Positions 8,937 to 18,568 of a stretch of 64,000 bases of DNA are shown here, piece by piece. How positions within the stretch are numbered: the stretch's first letter is position 1; each line of letters starts with the position of its first letter. Origin of the DNA: an uncultured Candidatus Micrarchaeota archaeon. Its GTDB lineage: Archaea; Micrarchaeota; Micrarchaeia; Anstonellales; Bilamarchaeaceae. The translations under genes and the position numbers were made by a program. The DNA is taken from assembly GCA_963714085.1 (NCBI GenBank), contig OY970229.1, positions 1,056,001-1,120,000 on the forward strand. Reading direction: 5' to 3'. The notes beneath the pieces are model-generated. The model had not been told where the DNA came from and searched no databases. It saw only the letters and a list, made by a program, of their open reading frames with translations.

Positions 8937-9560
8937 CTACCCCCGCAGGTATACTACCCTTCTGCCTTCCAGCGCGTATCTCCCTTTCGCGAACGAGTCA
9001 ATGACCTTCGGGTAGGCCTTGTGCTCGACCTCGAGGATTTTGTGCGCTGCCTCCGCCGCGGTCTTGCACTCCGATATGTCCACTGCCTCCTGGTATATTA
9101 TGGGTCCGGCGTCCAGGTTCTCGTCCACGAAGTGTATCGTGATGCCGCTGACCTTCGCCCCGTAGTCGAAGGCCTGCTTCTGCGCGTCCACTCCTGGGAA
9201 CGAGGGGAGCAGCGCGGGATGGATGTTTATTATTTTATTTTTGTAGGAGTCGAGCAGTTTCTTGCCTTTCAGCAGGAGCATATAGCCGGCGAGCACCGCT
9301 AATTCTACCCCGTGCTTGTCCAGCAGCTCCTTTATGCGCTCATCCAGCGCCTCGCGGCTCGGAAAATCTTTCCTGTCAACAATCTCTACAGAGATGCCGT
9401 TCTCCTTAGCGCGCTCGATCGCCTTCGCGTCCGCCTTGTTCGTTATGAGCACCCTTATGTCCGCGCTGCACGTGCCTGCCTTCACCGCGTCTATGATGGC
9501 CTGGAAATTGCTGCCCCTGCCAGATGCAAGCACGGCTATCCTCACTTTTCTCTCTTGCAT
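8937..9560 (-). CDS. purN: Phosphoribosylglycinamide formyltransferase
   Basis: ASGRGSNFQA, LAGYM, INIHPALLPSFPG, HFVDENLDAGPII. Confidence 0.96.
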   Translation of the reverse strand: MQERKVRIAVLASGRGSNFQAIIDAVKAGTCSADIRVLITNKADAKAIERAKENGISVEIVDRKDFPSREALDERIKELLDKHGVELAVLAGYMLLLKGKKLLDSYKNKIINIHPALLPSFPGVDAQKQAFDYGAKVSGITIHFVDENLDAGPIIYQEAVDISECKTAAEAAHKILEVEHKAYPKVIDSFAKGRYALEGRRVVYLRG

Positions 9561-9647
9561 AAGAAGAGTATGGAAACCGGATATTTAAATTGTTGCGCAG
9601 GGGTGGACCTGCTACGAGCTAGCGTGTTTCCTGGATCCTCGATGATA

Positions 9648-9845
9648 TCATATTGATTTGAGGAAGCCGCTCTCATCCACCCTGAACTTGTGCGCCGGGT
9701 TCACGCTGCACTGGAATTCACCCTCGACTTTAGCGAGCGGAGAACTCCATCCGTGTGACATCGAGCACTCAGGGCATCCTCTTAGACATTCGTTTGCCAT
9801 GGGAACCAACTCCTGCCGGCTGGTCGAATCCGGCATAGGTCGCAT
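9648..9845 (-). CDS. Small zinc-ribbon-like protein
   Basis: CPEC...C..NPAH; TTTAAA box about 20 nt upstream; start uncertain (9845, 9836 or 9800); the longer track ORF runs through a tRNA. Confidence 0.6.
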   Translation of the reverse strand: MRPMPDSTSRQELVPMANECLRGCPECSMSHGWSSPLAKVEGEFQCSVNPAHKFRVDESGFLKSI

Positions 9846-9913
9846 ATCGGCTACACAGATAAGGGATTTAAACCTGTGTATCATGCGTGCTCGCCGAGCA
9901 TGCCGTACGACGT

Positions 9914-10156
9914 TCAAAAAGCGATTCCCAGCACGTGGAGCAGCACGACCAGGGCCAGTCCCACGAAGCCGCCTATGGCTACTATCAGCACGGTGAGCAG
10001 GTTTATGGCGACGTTCAGCCCGAAGACGTTGAGCAGCCAGAGGGCGACGAGAGCCACGATGGCATGCAGGATGAGCGGGGCTATCGCCTTCACGACCCTG
10101 TATATCACGATGGCGGCGAGCACCGCGAGCAGGAGCACGACGAGTTCGACAATCAT
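9914..10156 (-). CDS. BofA-like (pro-sigmaK processing inhibitor family) small membrane protein
   Basis: Three hydrophobic segments; INLLTVLIVAIGGFVG pattern. Confidence 0.7.
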   Translation of the reverse strand: MIVELVVLLLAVLAAIVIYRVVKAIAPLILHAIVALVALWLLNVFGLNVAINLLTVLIVAIGGFVGLALVVLLHVLGIAF

Positions 10157-10192
10157 GGTTTGCACCCGGAACGGGCAACGAGAAAATAAATA

Positions 10193-10287
10193 CGGGCCTG
10201 GAGAGATTTGAACTCTCGACACACGGATTAAGAGTCCGTCGCTTTTGGTGGATAACCCTATCCTCTACCAAGCTGAGCTACAGGCCC
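10193..10287 (-). tRNA. tRNA-Lys(CUU) with a 21-nt intron (10244-10264) at position 22/23
   Basis: Mature GGGCCTG TA GCTC AGCTTGGTA GAGC G ACGGA CTCTTAA TCCGT GTGTC GAGAG TTCAAAT CTCTC CAGGCCC G; BHB with TGGT/ACCA helix and bulges AG|A, AA|A. Confidence 0.93.
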
Positions 10288-10354
10288 AAAAGCTATCCTA
10301 TTTCCCTAAGAAGAATTTAAAAAACAATTTACCCGGCATTCATCCCGAATTGTC

Positions 10355-10639
10355 CTATTTTTTCTTCTTCGCTGGCGCAGCAGCCGCTCCAGCAGCCCTG
10401 CCATAGAGGAGTCCGAACAGGATCAGCAGGTAGCCGGCGGCGCGGATAACGACAATCGGAAGCGCCAGCACCGTCGCCAGCCCCGCGAGCGTGATGATGT
10501 AGGATACGGAAAAGAAAGCGAATGCCACACCGATATAGAACGGCATCGTGTTCTTGCTTTTCGTATACATCCACAAGCCCGCAGCTAGTATCAGTATGTC
10601 AAAGACCAGATTCACGACGCTTACCAGATCGGTTGCCAT
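10355..10639 (-). CDS. Small membrane protein
   Basis: Three TM helices and a basic tail. Confidence 0.7.
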   Translation of the reverse strand: MATDLVSVVNLVFDILILAAGLWMYTKSKNTMPFYIGVAFAFFSVSYIITLAGLATVLALPIVVIRAAGYLLILFGLLYGRAAGAAAAPAKKKK

Positions 10640-10682
10640 GACATTTTCCTGGGACTCAAAGGATTAAGAATCTACTGTTGGT

Positions 10683-11339
10683 TCAGTGAACCTCGTCCGT
10701 CTCGAATCCATACACCGCGAGCGTGCGGTTGTCCATGTCGAGGACGGTCTCCTTCGACGCTATGGTCGTGCCGTTGAGCTTTATCTTCGTATTCTGGGGC
10801 GTGGTGTAGTCGATATCGATCGGGAGCGCGGAGGCAACGAAGCCATCCAGCATCGCGCTGTCATCCTGCACGATCACGTAGCCGCTCGCCGTCTTCGTAC
10901 CGTTGGCGGGCTGGTAGGTCGTGAAGCCGAACGCGACCATCTGCTGCTCAGGATTTCCGTTGAAGAGCACCGCATAGGTCGGATTCGCGACCGTGATTGT
11001 CGCCGTGTTGTTCCCGAATCCGAGCGACACCCATGTGTACGTCTTCTCTATGTACGGCCCCCCTCTCTTGTTGGGCAGGCCTTTGAGTTCCTGGTCCAGC
11101 AGGGCCGCCGCGCTCAGGTTCGTACTCACCAAAGTCGGCTGCCGCGCAGGAGGCGGAGTGACCACCGTGGTGTTCTGCTGCGCGTGCGTTACGTTTTGTT
11201 GCACGGATGCGTTCTGCTGCGGCGGAGCCGTGTTCGGAGGCGCTTGAGGCGCCTGCGGAGCGGTTTGGTTCTGCGCGGGCTGCGCAAGGCAGCCGAAAAG
11301 CATCGCCATGAGAGCGAATGCGAGAGCGGTCTTCAGCAT
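10683..11339 (-). CDS. Predicted lipoprotein
   Basis: Lipobox LFGC, Q/P/N-rich linker with N-x-T sequons. Confidence 0.8.
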   Translation of the reverse strand: MLKTALAFALMAMLFGCLAQPAQNQTAPQAPQAPPNTAPPQQNASVQQNVTHAQQNTTVVTPPPARQPTLVSTNLSAAALLDQELKGLPNKRGGPYIEKTYTWVSLGFGNNTATITVANPTYAVLFNGNPEQQMVAFGFTTYQPANGTKTASGYVIVQDDSAMLDGFVASALPIDIDYTTPQNTKIKLNGTTIASKETVLDMDNRTLAVYGFETDEVH

Positions 11340-12409
11340 GGTTGTGACGCGCCTCCGAGATAGCCGTACGAGCAGTACTGGCCGTCGTATTCCACCTGCA
11401 CGGTGGAGCCGCCGTTCGCGTAGTTCTCTATGTAATTTACATTGTCCTCGTAGAGCAGGCTCCTGAACGGGTCCCTGGAGCCTCCAGATTCGTCAGGCCC
11501 TCCGGATATCACCATGAGCTTCGGGTTGGTGGTCTTGAGGAAATTCGCTATGCCGGAGGTCCCCGGCCCAAGGCCGTAGTAAGGCGCCTGGATAACTTCG
11601 CACTTGATTTGGCTTCCTTCGTCGTTCAACAGCTCGTTCTGTGCGCCGAACTGCACGCCCGAGAGCAGCAGCGCGCAGAAACCCCTGTCCTCCACCCTGA
11701 GCACCACGGCGTCGTTGTTCGGATCGTCGAACAGTGCCGGCCCGGGGTTGAGGACGGTGAAATCGATGCCGTTTAGCGACATGTTGAAGCCCCGGCTCAC
11801 GTTGCGCGCTGTCTTGACCATGCCGGCCATGCTAGGGCCGAGCGCCGCGTAGGCCGGGTCCTTGAACGTCTCGTCCGACCACCAGAACTCCTGGACCGGG
11901 AAGGCTGCGGCCACCGCGCTTATGCCCCCGTAGTGCATCGGGTCGGCGTTGGTGGAAAGCATCACGGCCACGTTGCCCACATCCAGGGTCTTGAGGAAGT
12001 CCACCACCTTGCCGCCGTTCTGTGCCGGGCCCGCGTCCACGAGCACGTTGAGGTCGCCCTTCTTTATCAGGATGGCGTCACCCTGGTTCGCCTGGTCGCC
12101 CACGTATATGAAGTATATCGCCAGGGTGTCGTTGGGCTCGAAGGTGTAGTTTATCGCCTTGGATACCACGGGCGGAGGCGGGCTCGTGTAGTTCTGCTGC
12201 TGCTGGACGGTCTGGTTCTGCTGCTGCGTTATGATTATCGTGACATTGGTCTCGTTCATCGGTATGGTGCCGTTTGCGGGTAGGGTGGAATTCGTGGCAT
12301 TCGTCTTCGTAGTGGTGTTCTGCACCGGGGCCGGGCCCAGGCATCCTGCAAGCAGAAGGCCGAAAGCAAGAAACGCCAAAACCAGAATCGGGAACCTGGA
12401 AACCGTCAT
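11333..12409 (-). CDS. Lipoprotein with ComEC/Rec2-like metallo-beta-lactamase fold, degenerate active site
   Basis: Lipobox LAGC; VGD..QGDAILI, VLVDAG, NNDAVVLRV scaffold; ATGA overlap with glyS stop. Confidence 0.8.
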   Translation of the reverse strand: MTVSRFPILVLAFLAFGLLLAGCLGPAPVQNTTTKTNATNSTLPANGTIPMNETNVTIIITQQQNQTVQQQQNYTSPPPPVVSKAINYTFEPNDTLAIYFIYVGDQANQGDAILIKKGDLNVLVDAGPAQNGGKVVDFLKTLDVGNVAVMLSTNADPMHYGGISAVAAAFPVQEFWWSDETFKDPAYAALGPSMAGMVKTARNVSRGFNMSLNGIDFTVLNPGPALFDDPNNDAVVLRVEDRGFCALLLSGVQFGAQNELLNDEGSQIKCEVIQAPYYGLGPGTSGIANFLKTTNPKLMVISGGPDESGGSRDPFRSLLYEDNVNYIENYANGGSTVQVEYDGQYCSYGYLGGASQPC

Positions 12410-13899
12410 AACGTCACTCTCGCATCCGAGATGTTCTTCTTTATAACAGCTGCGCAATCAGCTATTTTAATCCTTTCCTGCTTCCCGTCGTTCCGGTACC
12501 TTATCGTGACCGTGTCGTCCTTGAGCGTGTCGTAGTCCACCGTGAGCGCGTAGGGGCACCCGATCTCGTCCGCCCGCGCATAGCGCTTGCCTATGGAGCC
12601 GCCCTCCTGGTGGAAGACGTCGAACTCCTTCCGCAGCAGGTCCACGAGCGACTGGGCCTTCTCTGCGAGCCCGTCCTTCTTCATGAGCGGGAACACGGCG
12701 GCCTGGAACGGCGCGGCGACGGGCGGGAAGTCGAACCACTCCCACTCCCTTTCCGCGGACTTCTCCCTGAAGCAGTGCTCCAGCATGCAGAAGAAAAGCC
12801 TGTCCACGCCCATGGACACCTCGAACACGTGGGGCACGAGCTTCTCCTTCCTCGCCTCCACGAAAACCGAGAAATCCTTCTTGCTGAACTTGGCATGCGC
12901 GCCCAGGTCGAAGTCCGTCCTGTACGCGTTACCTATGGTCTCTATCGTACCATAGGATGTCTGGACCTCCATGTCCACGTTGCCCTTCGAGTAGTGCGGG
13001 ATCTCCTCCTTTGGCAGCACCCTGAGCCACATCTCGGTCTCCCGGATGCCGACCTTCCTGTAGAACTGCCACTGCCTGGCAAGGAAATAGGCCATTATCT
13101 CGTTGGCGGCTATGCCGGCGGAGACGAGCTCGGCCGTCTTCCTCATCTCCGTTGCGCCGCCGCGCTGGAACCGCATGCTCTCCTCCGCGACCTTTGCCAT
13201 CGCCTGGCAGCCCTGCTCAGCCGGGTCGAAGAAAAACTCCAGCTCCATCTGGGTGAACTCGCGCATGCGCACGAGGCCCTTGCGCGGCGATATCTCGTTG
13301 CGGAAGCTCTTGCCGACCTGCCCCACGCCGAGGGGCAGCTTCGCGCCGTGGTTCCTGAACAATCTCGGGAACGCGGTGAATATGCCCTGGGCGGTCTCCG
13401 GCCGGGCGTAGGCCATCGCCTGCTCGCCGCCTATCCCTGTCTTGAACATGAGGTTGAACATCGCGGCCGGACCGAACTCGCCCTTGCATTTCGGGCACGC
13501 GATCCCGTTCTCCTTTATCACGCGGTCTATCGTGTCCAGCTTGCCGTCCCACCGCTCGCCATGCCCCTCGCCGCCCTTCGCCTTGAGCTTCTCCTCTATC
13601 AGCGTGTCCCCCCGCACGCGCGTCTTGCACACCCTGCATTCCACCACCGGGTCCGCGAAGTTCGCGGCATGGCCGGATGCCTGGAGCACGATCTCCGGGG
13701 TTATTATCGAGGTCTCCACCTCGTGGAAACCCTCCTCCTTTATGAACATCTGCCTCCAGATGTTCTCTATCCTGGTCTTCATCAGCTTGCCGACCGGCCC
13801 GTAGTCGTAGAATCCGCTCACCGCGCCATAGGGCTCGTTGGAAGGTACGAAGAACGACCTGGTGAGCGCTAATTCGAAAATCCTTTCGTGCAGTTCCAT
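12406..13899 (-). CDS. glyS: Glycine--tRNA ligase (alpha2 type)
   Basis: RPETAQGIF, GKSFRNEISPR, FTQMELEFF, SIGKRYARADEIG. Confidence 0.97.
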   Translation of the reverse strand: MELHERIFELALTRSFFVPSNEPYGAVSGFYDYGPVGKLMKTRIENIWRQMFIKEEGFHEVETSIITPEIVLQASGHAANFADPVVECRVCKTRVRGDTLIEEKLKAKGGEGHGERWDGKLDTIDRVIKENGIACPKCKGEFGPAAMFNLMFKTGIGGEQAMAYARPETAQGIFTAFPRLFRNHGAKLPLGVGQVGKSFRNEISPRKGLVRMREFTQMELEFFFDPAEQGCQAMAKVAEESMRFQRGGATEMRKTAELVSAGIAANEIMAYFLARQWQFYRKVGIRETEMWLRVLPKEEIPHYSKGNVDMEVQTSYGTIETIGNAYRTDFDLGAHAKFSKKDFSVFVEARKEKLVPHVFEVSMGVDRLFFCMLEHCFREKSAEREWEWFDFPPVAAPFQAAVFPLMKKDGLAEKAQSLVDLLRKEFDVFHQEGGSIGKRYARADEIGCPYALTVDYDTLKDDTVTIRYRNDGKQERIKIADCAAVIKKNISDARVTL

Positions 13900-13965
13900 A
13901 AGATCATCCAGAGTAACCTATTCTTGTGGGGAAGTAATAAAAAACTGCGCCGAGAGAAATATGTC

Positions 13966-14475
13966 ATGGAGGCCGAGCAGGGGGATTCCACCTCTGGTGA
14001 GGGATCCGGCGAAATGTCGGACACTGAACGCGCAGTGCAAGCGCTCTCGCTCGCGGGCGAGATGCTGCATTCGGCCGAGCTCAAGAACTCGGAATCCAGC
14101 TACGAGGAGGCCATCGCGTTCGCGAGGGACAGCATGAGGCTCGCGTCCTCCGCGGTGCTTTTCCTGGACGGAAAGGTGGCGCCCGATTTTGACACCAGCT
14201 GCCGCTACCTCCGCGAGAAATACGGTGACATGCTCCACGTCGACGAGTGGCAGGAGGTGGAGCAGCTGTCGAAGATGGGGCTCGCCGAGCGGATCTGGGG
14301 CATTTTCAGCGCAGGCAAGAGGCTCCAGAAGGACGCGGAGAAGGCCCTGGAGTCCGCGGCCAGGTTCCTGGGGACCGTCACCGCGATAGTGGACGGATCC
14401 GCGCAGGAAGGGGAGGCTGCGGAAGAGGAGAAGCCCGCGGCACCCAAAGAGGAGCTTTACGGGGAAGCGTCCTGA
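13966..14475 (+). CDS. Hypothetical protein, HEPN-like helical fold without an evident RxxxxH/Y motif
   Basis: YEEAIAFARDSMRLASSAVLFLDG and DAEKALESAARFL resemble HEPN helices. Confidence 0.55.
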   Translation: MEAEQGDSTSGEGSGEMSDTERAVQALSLAGEMLHSAELKNSESSYEEAIAFARDSMRLASSAVLFLDGKVAPDFDTSCRYLREKYGDMLHVDEWQEVEQLSKMGLAERIWGIFSAGKRLQKDAEKALESAARFLGTVTAIVDGSAQEGEAAEEEKPAAPKEELYGEAS

Positions 14476-14499
14476 ATACGATTCATCCGGTGCATCTTT

Positions 14500-17238
14500 A
14501 TGGACGTAGACAAGAATGAACTTCGCAGGCAGTTCGCGAAAGACTGGGAGACGCACTACAAGCTCAGGAGCCTCATGGAGAGGGGCTTCTCCAGGAGGAA
14601 ATGCAAGGCCTGCGGAAGGATGTTCTGGAGTCTGGAGGAGCGGGAGCGCTGCGGCGACTCGTCCTGCATCGGCTACCAGTTCATAGGCTCCACTCCGGTC
14701 AAGGGCAAGCTCGGCTACGTGGACACCTGGAAGACGATAGAGAAATACTTCACAAGCCACGGCCACGGCTACGTGAAGCCCTACCCGACGGTCGCCAGGT
14801 GGAGGGATGACCTCTATTTCACAATCGCATCCATCAATGATTTCCAGCCCTACGTCGTGAACGGCGAGCTGGACCCGCCACACAACCCGCTCATAGTGCC
14901 CCAGGCGTGCATCCGGTTCCCGGACATAAGCAACGTGGGCGTCTCCGGCAGGCACTACACCAACTTCGTCATGGTCGGGCAGCACGCGTTCAACACCAAG
15001 AAGACCGGGCTTTTCTACTGGAAGGACGAGGCCCTGGAGCACGACATCAACTACCTCACCGCGCTGGGCATCCCTGAGAAGGAGCTCATATTCCAGGAGG
15101 ACGTCTGGGCCGGAGGGGGCAACTACGGCCCGTGCATCGAGTATTTCGTGCGCGGGCTTGAGCTGGGCAACTGCGTCTTCATGCAGTACGAGTCCACGCC
15201 CACCGGCAACCGCGAGCTCAACACCAAGGTCATCGACATGGGCGCCGGCCTCGAGAGGCTCTCATGGATAACCAGCGGGGACCTGACGAGCTACGAGACG
15301 GTCTTCGGTCCCGTGATAGCCGAGATGAAGAAAGAGGCCGGAGTCTCTGTCCCTGAAGACCTGTTTGAGAGATACGCGAAGCTCGCCGGTTCGCTCAACG
15401 AGGACGAGGTCGCGGACATGGAGAAGGAGAAGGAGCGCGTGGCAGCGCTGCTTGGCATAGGGAAGAAGGAGCTCTTCGACACCGTCCTGCCGCTCCAGGC
15501 GCTCTACGCGTCCGCGGACCATCTCAAGACATCGCTCTTCTCAATAACCGACGGCATGCTCCCCTCCAATTCCGGAGGCGGATACAACATACGCATGCTG
15601 CTCCGCCGCGTGTTCGGCTTCGGCGAGCAGTTCGGCTACTCGCTCGATTACGGGAAAATCGTGGAGGCGCATGCGAGGCACGTGGCATACATGTACCCGC
15701 ACCTGAAAGACGGCGTCCCAACGGTGATGGACGTCATCGCGGAGGAGAGGAAGCGCTACGACGCCACGAAGGAGAAGGCGCGGCTCACGGTCATAAGCAT
15801 AGTCAAGAGGGCCAAGGCCGCCAAGCAGGGCGTTCCCACCAAGGAGCGCGAGAGCACCGGCAGCATAACTGCCAAAGAGCTGTCCACGCTCTACCGCTCC
15901 AACGGCATCGCGCCCGAATACGTCGTCGACATCGCCAAGGAGAACGGGGTGGACGTGCAGGTGCCGGGCAACTTCTACGCAGTGGTCCGCGAAGGCGAGG
16001 GGGAGTCGGAAGGGAAGCGGGGGGAGCAGGGCGTGAAGCTCCTGGCTGTCGACGTCGTCGACCTGCCCAGGACCAAGGACCTATATTATACGAAGGAGCG
16101 GATGTTCCGGGCGAAGATACTCGCGATCATCGCCGCGAAGTACGTGGTGCTCGACCAGACCGGGTTCTATCCGGAAGGCGGAGGCCAGGTGGCAGACACC
16201 GGCGCAATCGAAGCCTCGGGCTCGGTCTACCGCGTACTCAACACGCAGAAGACGGCCGGCGTGGTGCTCCACGAGGTCGAGAACGCGGCCAAGCTGAGAA
16301 AAGGCCAGGAGATAAGCGGCATAGTGGACATCGCGAGGCGGACCGCCATAGCGAGGCACCATACCTCCGCGCACCTGGTGAACGCCGCGTGCCGCGAGAT
16401 CCTCGGGCAGCACATCTGGCAGGCTGGCTCGCACAAGGACGACGAGAAGGGCCACCTCGACGTGACGCATTACAGGAAGATAACCCAGGCGGAGCTTAGG
16501 AAGATAGAGCTCAAGGTGAACGAGTACATAATGCTGGACTTGCCTATAGTCACCAATGTCCTGCCCCGCAACGAGGCCGAGAAGAGGTTCGGGTTCAGGC
16601 TCTACCAGGGCGGCGCGGTGCCGGGCAAGGAGCTGCGCGTGGTTTCGGTCGGGGACATAGACCACGAGGCATGCGGGGGCACGCACCAGATGCTCGATTC
16701 CACGGGTCAGATAGGCGCGCTCAAGATAGTCAAGCGCGAGGGCGTGCAGGACGGGGTGGAGCGCATAGTCTACAAGGCGGGCGCCGCCGCGATATCCTAC
16801 ATGCAGGAGAAAGAGGAGCTGCTCCGTTCGGCATCGGACGTGCTGGGCGTGAGCGATCCCGAGCTCGTGCAGACCGTGGAGCGTTTCTTCAGGGAATGGA
16901 AGGAGCAGCGCAAGTCGCTGGAGAAGCTCGGTAGCCAGATGGTCGGTTTCGAGGCCGAGGAGATCATCAAGCACGGCGTTGACAAGCCCGTGGTGCGGAC
17001 CCTGGAGCTGGACATCGCCATGCTCAGGCAGCTGGGCCAGCTGATAGCCGAGAGCGACGCTGCCGCGGCATGCGTCATGAACAAGGAGGGGAACATAATC
17101 TGCGCCGCGGGGAAGAACTCGAAATTCAGCGCCAAGGAGCTGCTCGCCGAGGCCGTGAAGCAGCTGGGCGGCACGGGCGGCGGTTCGGACCGCATCGCGC
17201 AGGGGAAAGTCGCGAAGGTCGCGGCGATAATCCTCTGA
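14500..17238 (+). CDS. alaS: Alanine--tRNA ligase (archaeal type)
   Basis: VARWRDDLYFTIASI, GLELGNCVF, FYPEGGGQ, editing motif HHTSAH..CGGTH, C-terminal GGTGGG. Confidence 0.97.
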   Translation: MDVDKNELRRQFAKDWETHYKLRSLMERGFSRRKCKACGRMFWSLEERERCGDSSCIGYQFIGSTPVKGKLGYVDTWKTIEKYFTSHGHGYVKPYPTVARWRDDLYFTIASINDFQPYVVNGELDPPHNPLIVPQACIRFPDISNVGVSGRHYTNFVMVGQHAFNTKKTGLFYWKDEALEHDINYLTALGIPEKELIFQEDVWAGGGNYGPCIEYFVRGLELGNCVFMQYESTPTGNRELNTKVIDMGAGLERLSWITSGDLTSYETVFGPVIAEMKKEAGVSVPEDLFERYAKLAGSLNEDEVADMEKEKERVAALLGIGKKELFDTVLPLQALYASADHLKTSLFSITDGMLPSNSGGGYNIRMLLRRVFGFGEQFGYSLDYGKIVEAHARHVAYMYPHLKDGVPTVMDVIAEERKRYDATKEKARLTVISIVKRAKAAKQGVPTKERESTGSITAKELSTLYRSNGIAPEYVVDIAKENGVDVQVPGNFYAVVREGEGESEGKRGEQGVKLLAVDVVDLPRTKDLYYTKERMFRAKILAIIAAKYVVLDQTGFYPEGGGQVADTGAIEASGSVYRVLNTQKTAGVVLHEVENAAKLRKGQEISGIVDIARRTAIARHHTSAHLVNAACREILGQHIWQAGSHKDDEKGHLDVTHYRKITQAELRKIELKVNEYIMLDLPIVTNVLPRNEAEKRFGFRLYQGGAVPGKELRVVSVGDIDHEACGGTHQMLDSTGQIGALKIVKREGVQDGVERIVYKAGAAAISYMQEKEELLRSASDVLGVSDPELVQTVERFFREWKEQRKSLEKLGSQMVGFEAEEIIKHGVDKPVVRTLELDIAMLRQLGQLIAESDAAAACVMNKEGNIICAAGKNSKFSAKELLAEAVKQLGGTGGGSDRIAQGKVAKVAAIIL

Positions 17239-17241
17239 AGA

Positions 17242-17970
17242 TCATTTCTTCGCGAGCAGGCCCGGCTTTTTCAGGAACGCGAACTTCTCTGGATGCGAGT
17301 CGAACTCCGAGAGTATGTCCCTGCACGCGAAGCCGAACCTCTTGTTGAATTCGGCCGGTCCAGGACGGCCCATGTCCTTGACCACATAAGCCGCGTTCTG
17401 CTCGATGTTGCCGTCCGAGAGGTAGTAGAACGCCGCGCCCCTGTTCTCCTTGAACTCCGAGTAGTCCGGGTCGAAACAGTCCGCCACCAGGTTCGCGAGC
17501 ACCAGCGTGGTCTCCCCGGGATTTATCGTGACGTGGCTGTGGTTCGGAGGTATGAGCAGCACCTGCCCGGCCTCAGCCCTTATCATGCTGACATCCACGG
17601 AGCGGTCGTGGTTGGTGCGCTGGAGCAGGAATATCGCGGTGCCGCCGAGCACCTGGTAGACCTCCGGGTAGCCCAGGCCGCCCTCGGCGATCGGATGGCT
17701 GTGGCCGTAGGTCTTTGCGCACTCGTCAAGTATCACCCTGGACGGCATGACCGTGATGTCGAAGCGCATGCCGTCCTTCTTGTATACCTCCCTGAACATG
17801 TAGTAGATGTCCGGGTCGCCCTCGAAATCCGGCATGACCCTCCCCCTTAGCACGTCCCGCAGCTCGGAGAGCTTCCGCGCGTCCCTCTTGTGGGGTTTGC
17901 CGTCTACGAAGACCTGGTCGTCCGCCAGCTCCACCCTCACAGGCTTCTCATAAAGAGTCCGCATGCTCAA
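17242..17970 (-). CDS. Cupin-type glucose-6-phosphate isomerase family protein
   Basis: KTYGHSHP, YPEVYQVL.G, IPPNHSHVTINPG, RGAAFY. Confidence 0.85.
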   Translation of the reverse strand: MSMRTLYEKPVRVELADDQVFVDGKPHKRDARKLSELRDVLRGRVMPDFEGDPDIYYMFREVYKKDGMRFDITVMPSRVILDECAKTYGHSHPIAEGGLGYPEVYQVLGGTAIFLLQRTNHDRSVDVSMIRAEAGQVLLIPPNHSHVTINPGETTLVLANLVADCFDPDYSEFKENRGAAFYYLSDGNIEQNAAYVVKDMGRPGPAEFNKRFGFACRDILSEFDSHPEKFAFLKKPGLLAKK

Positions 17971-18361
17971 CTACCCGCTTCATCCTTCCGAACTCGTTCC
18001 TCTTCTCCATGGGCTTCTTCACCCTGAGCTTCTGCTTCCTCATGCGCTTGAGCAGCAGCTTCAGCAGCAATACGAAACCGAGGTTTTTAATGCCCTCAGC
18101 CTCGAGCCCGAGCTCTATGCGGGAGACCGCCTTCGTGGTCCCTATGAGGAACGACGCGTCTATCGCACCGCTTCCGTCGAATGACATGAGCTGCTCGTAC
18201 AGGGCGTGCTTCATGACCTGGAGCTCCTTGCGCAGGCGCATGAGCTTGACGTTCTCCGGCTCCATGTCCAGGGGGATGTCTATGGGGAACGCTATCAGCG
18301 TCCTTGCGACGTAATCCCAGCCCTCGCTCTCGATGGTCTCGTGTGGGACGACTGGTTGCAT
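17948..18361 (-). CDS. Hypothetical protein
   Basis: MQPVVPHE... start with TTTTTAA box upstream; overlaps the GPI start; upstream extension in the track is doubtful. Confidence 0.6.
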   Translation of the reverse strand: MQPVVPHETIESEGWDYVARTLIAFPIDIPLDMEPENVKLMRLRKELQVMKHALYEQLMSFDGSGAIDASFLIGTTKAVSRIELGLEAEGIKNLGFVLLLKLLLKRMRKQKLRVKKPMEKRNEFGRMKRVVEHADSL

Positions 18362-18568
18362 GGGGGGAGATTGGACACGCAAGGTTAAAAAAATCCTCTG
18401 GCGGACACGGGTGGGATTAGCCGGCAGCTTCATGTCCCCTTTGAAGCCCGCCTCAAGCGCCCCGAATCTCTGCGACAACCCGGTCGAGAGGCACGAGCCC
18501 GTCCACTTCACCGCGCTGAAATCCATGAAGACGTCCACAACGCCGTAATCGTTGTCCTTGTAGTGCGG

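Noticed and set aside
9846..10271. N-terminal extension of the 207-aa ORF 9648-10271
   Set aside because: Runs through tRNA-Lys and the BofA-like gene; only the C-terminal ~65 aa is plausible
14838..14847. 10-nt match TGATTTCCAG to the IS guide inside alaS
   Set aside because: Preceded by ATCAA rather than the inferred TTAG TAM, and short enough to be chance
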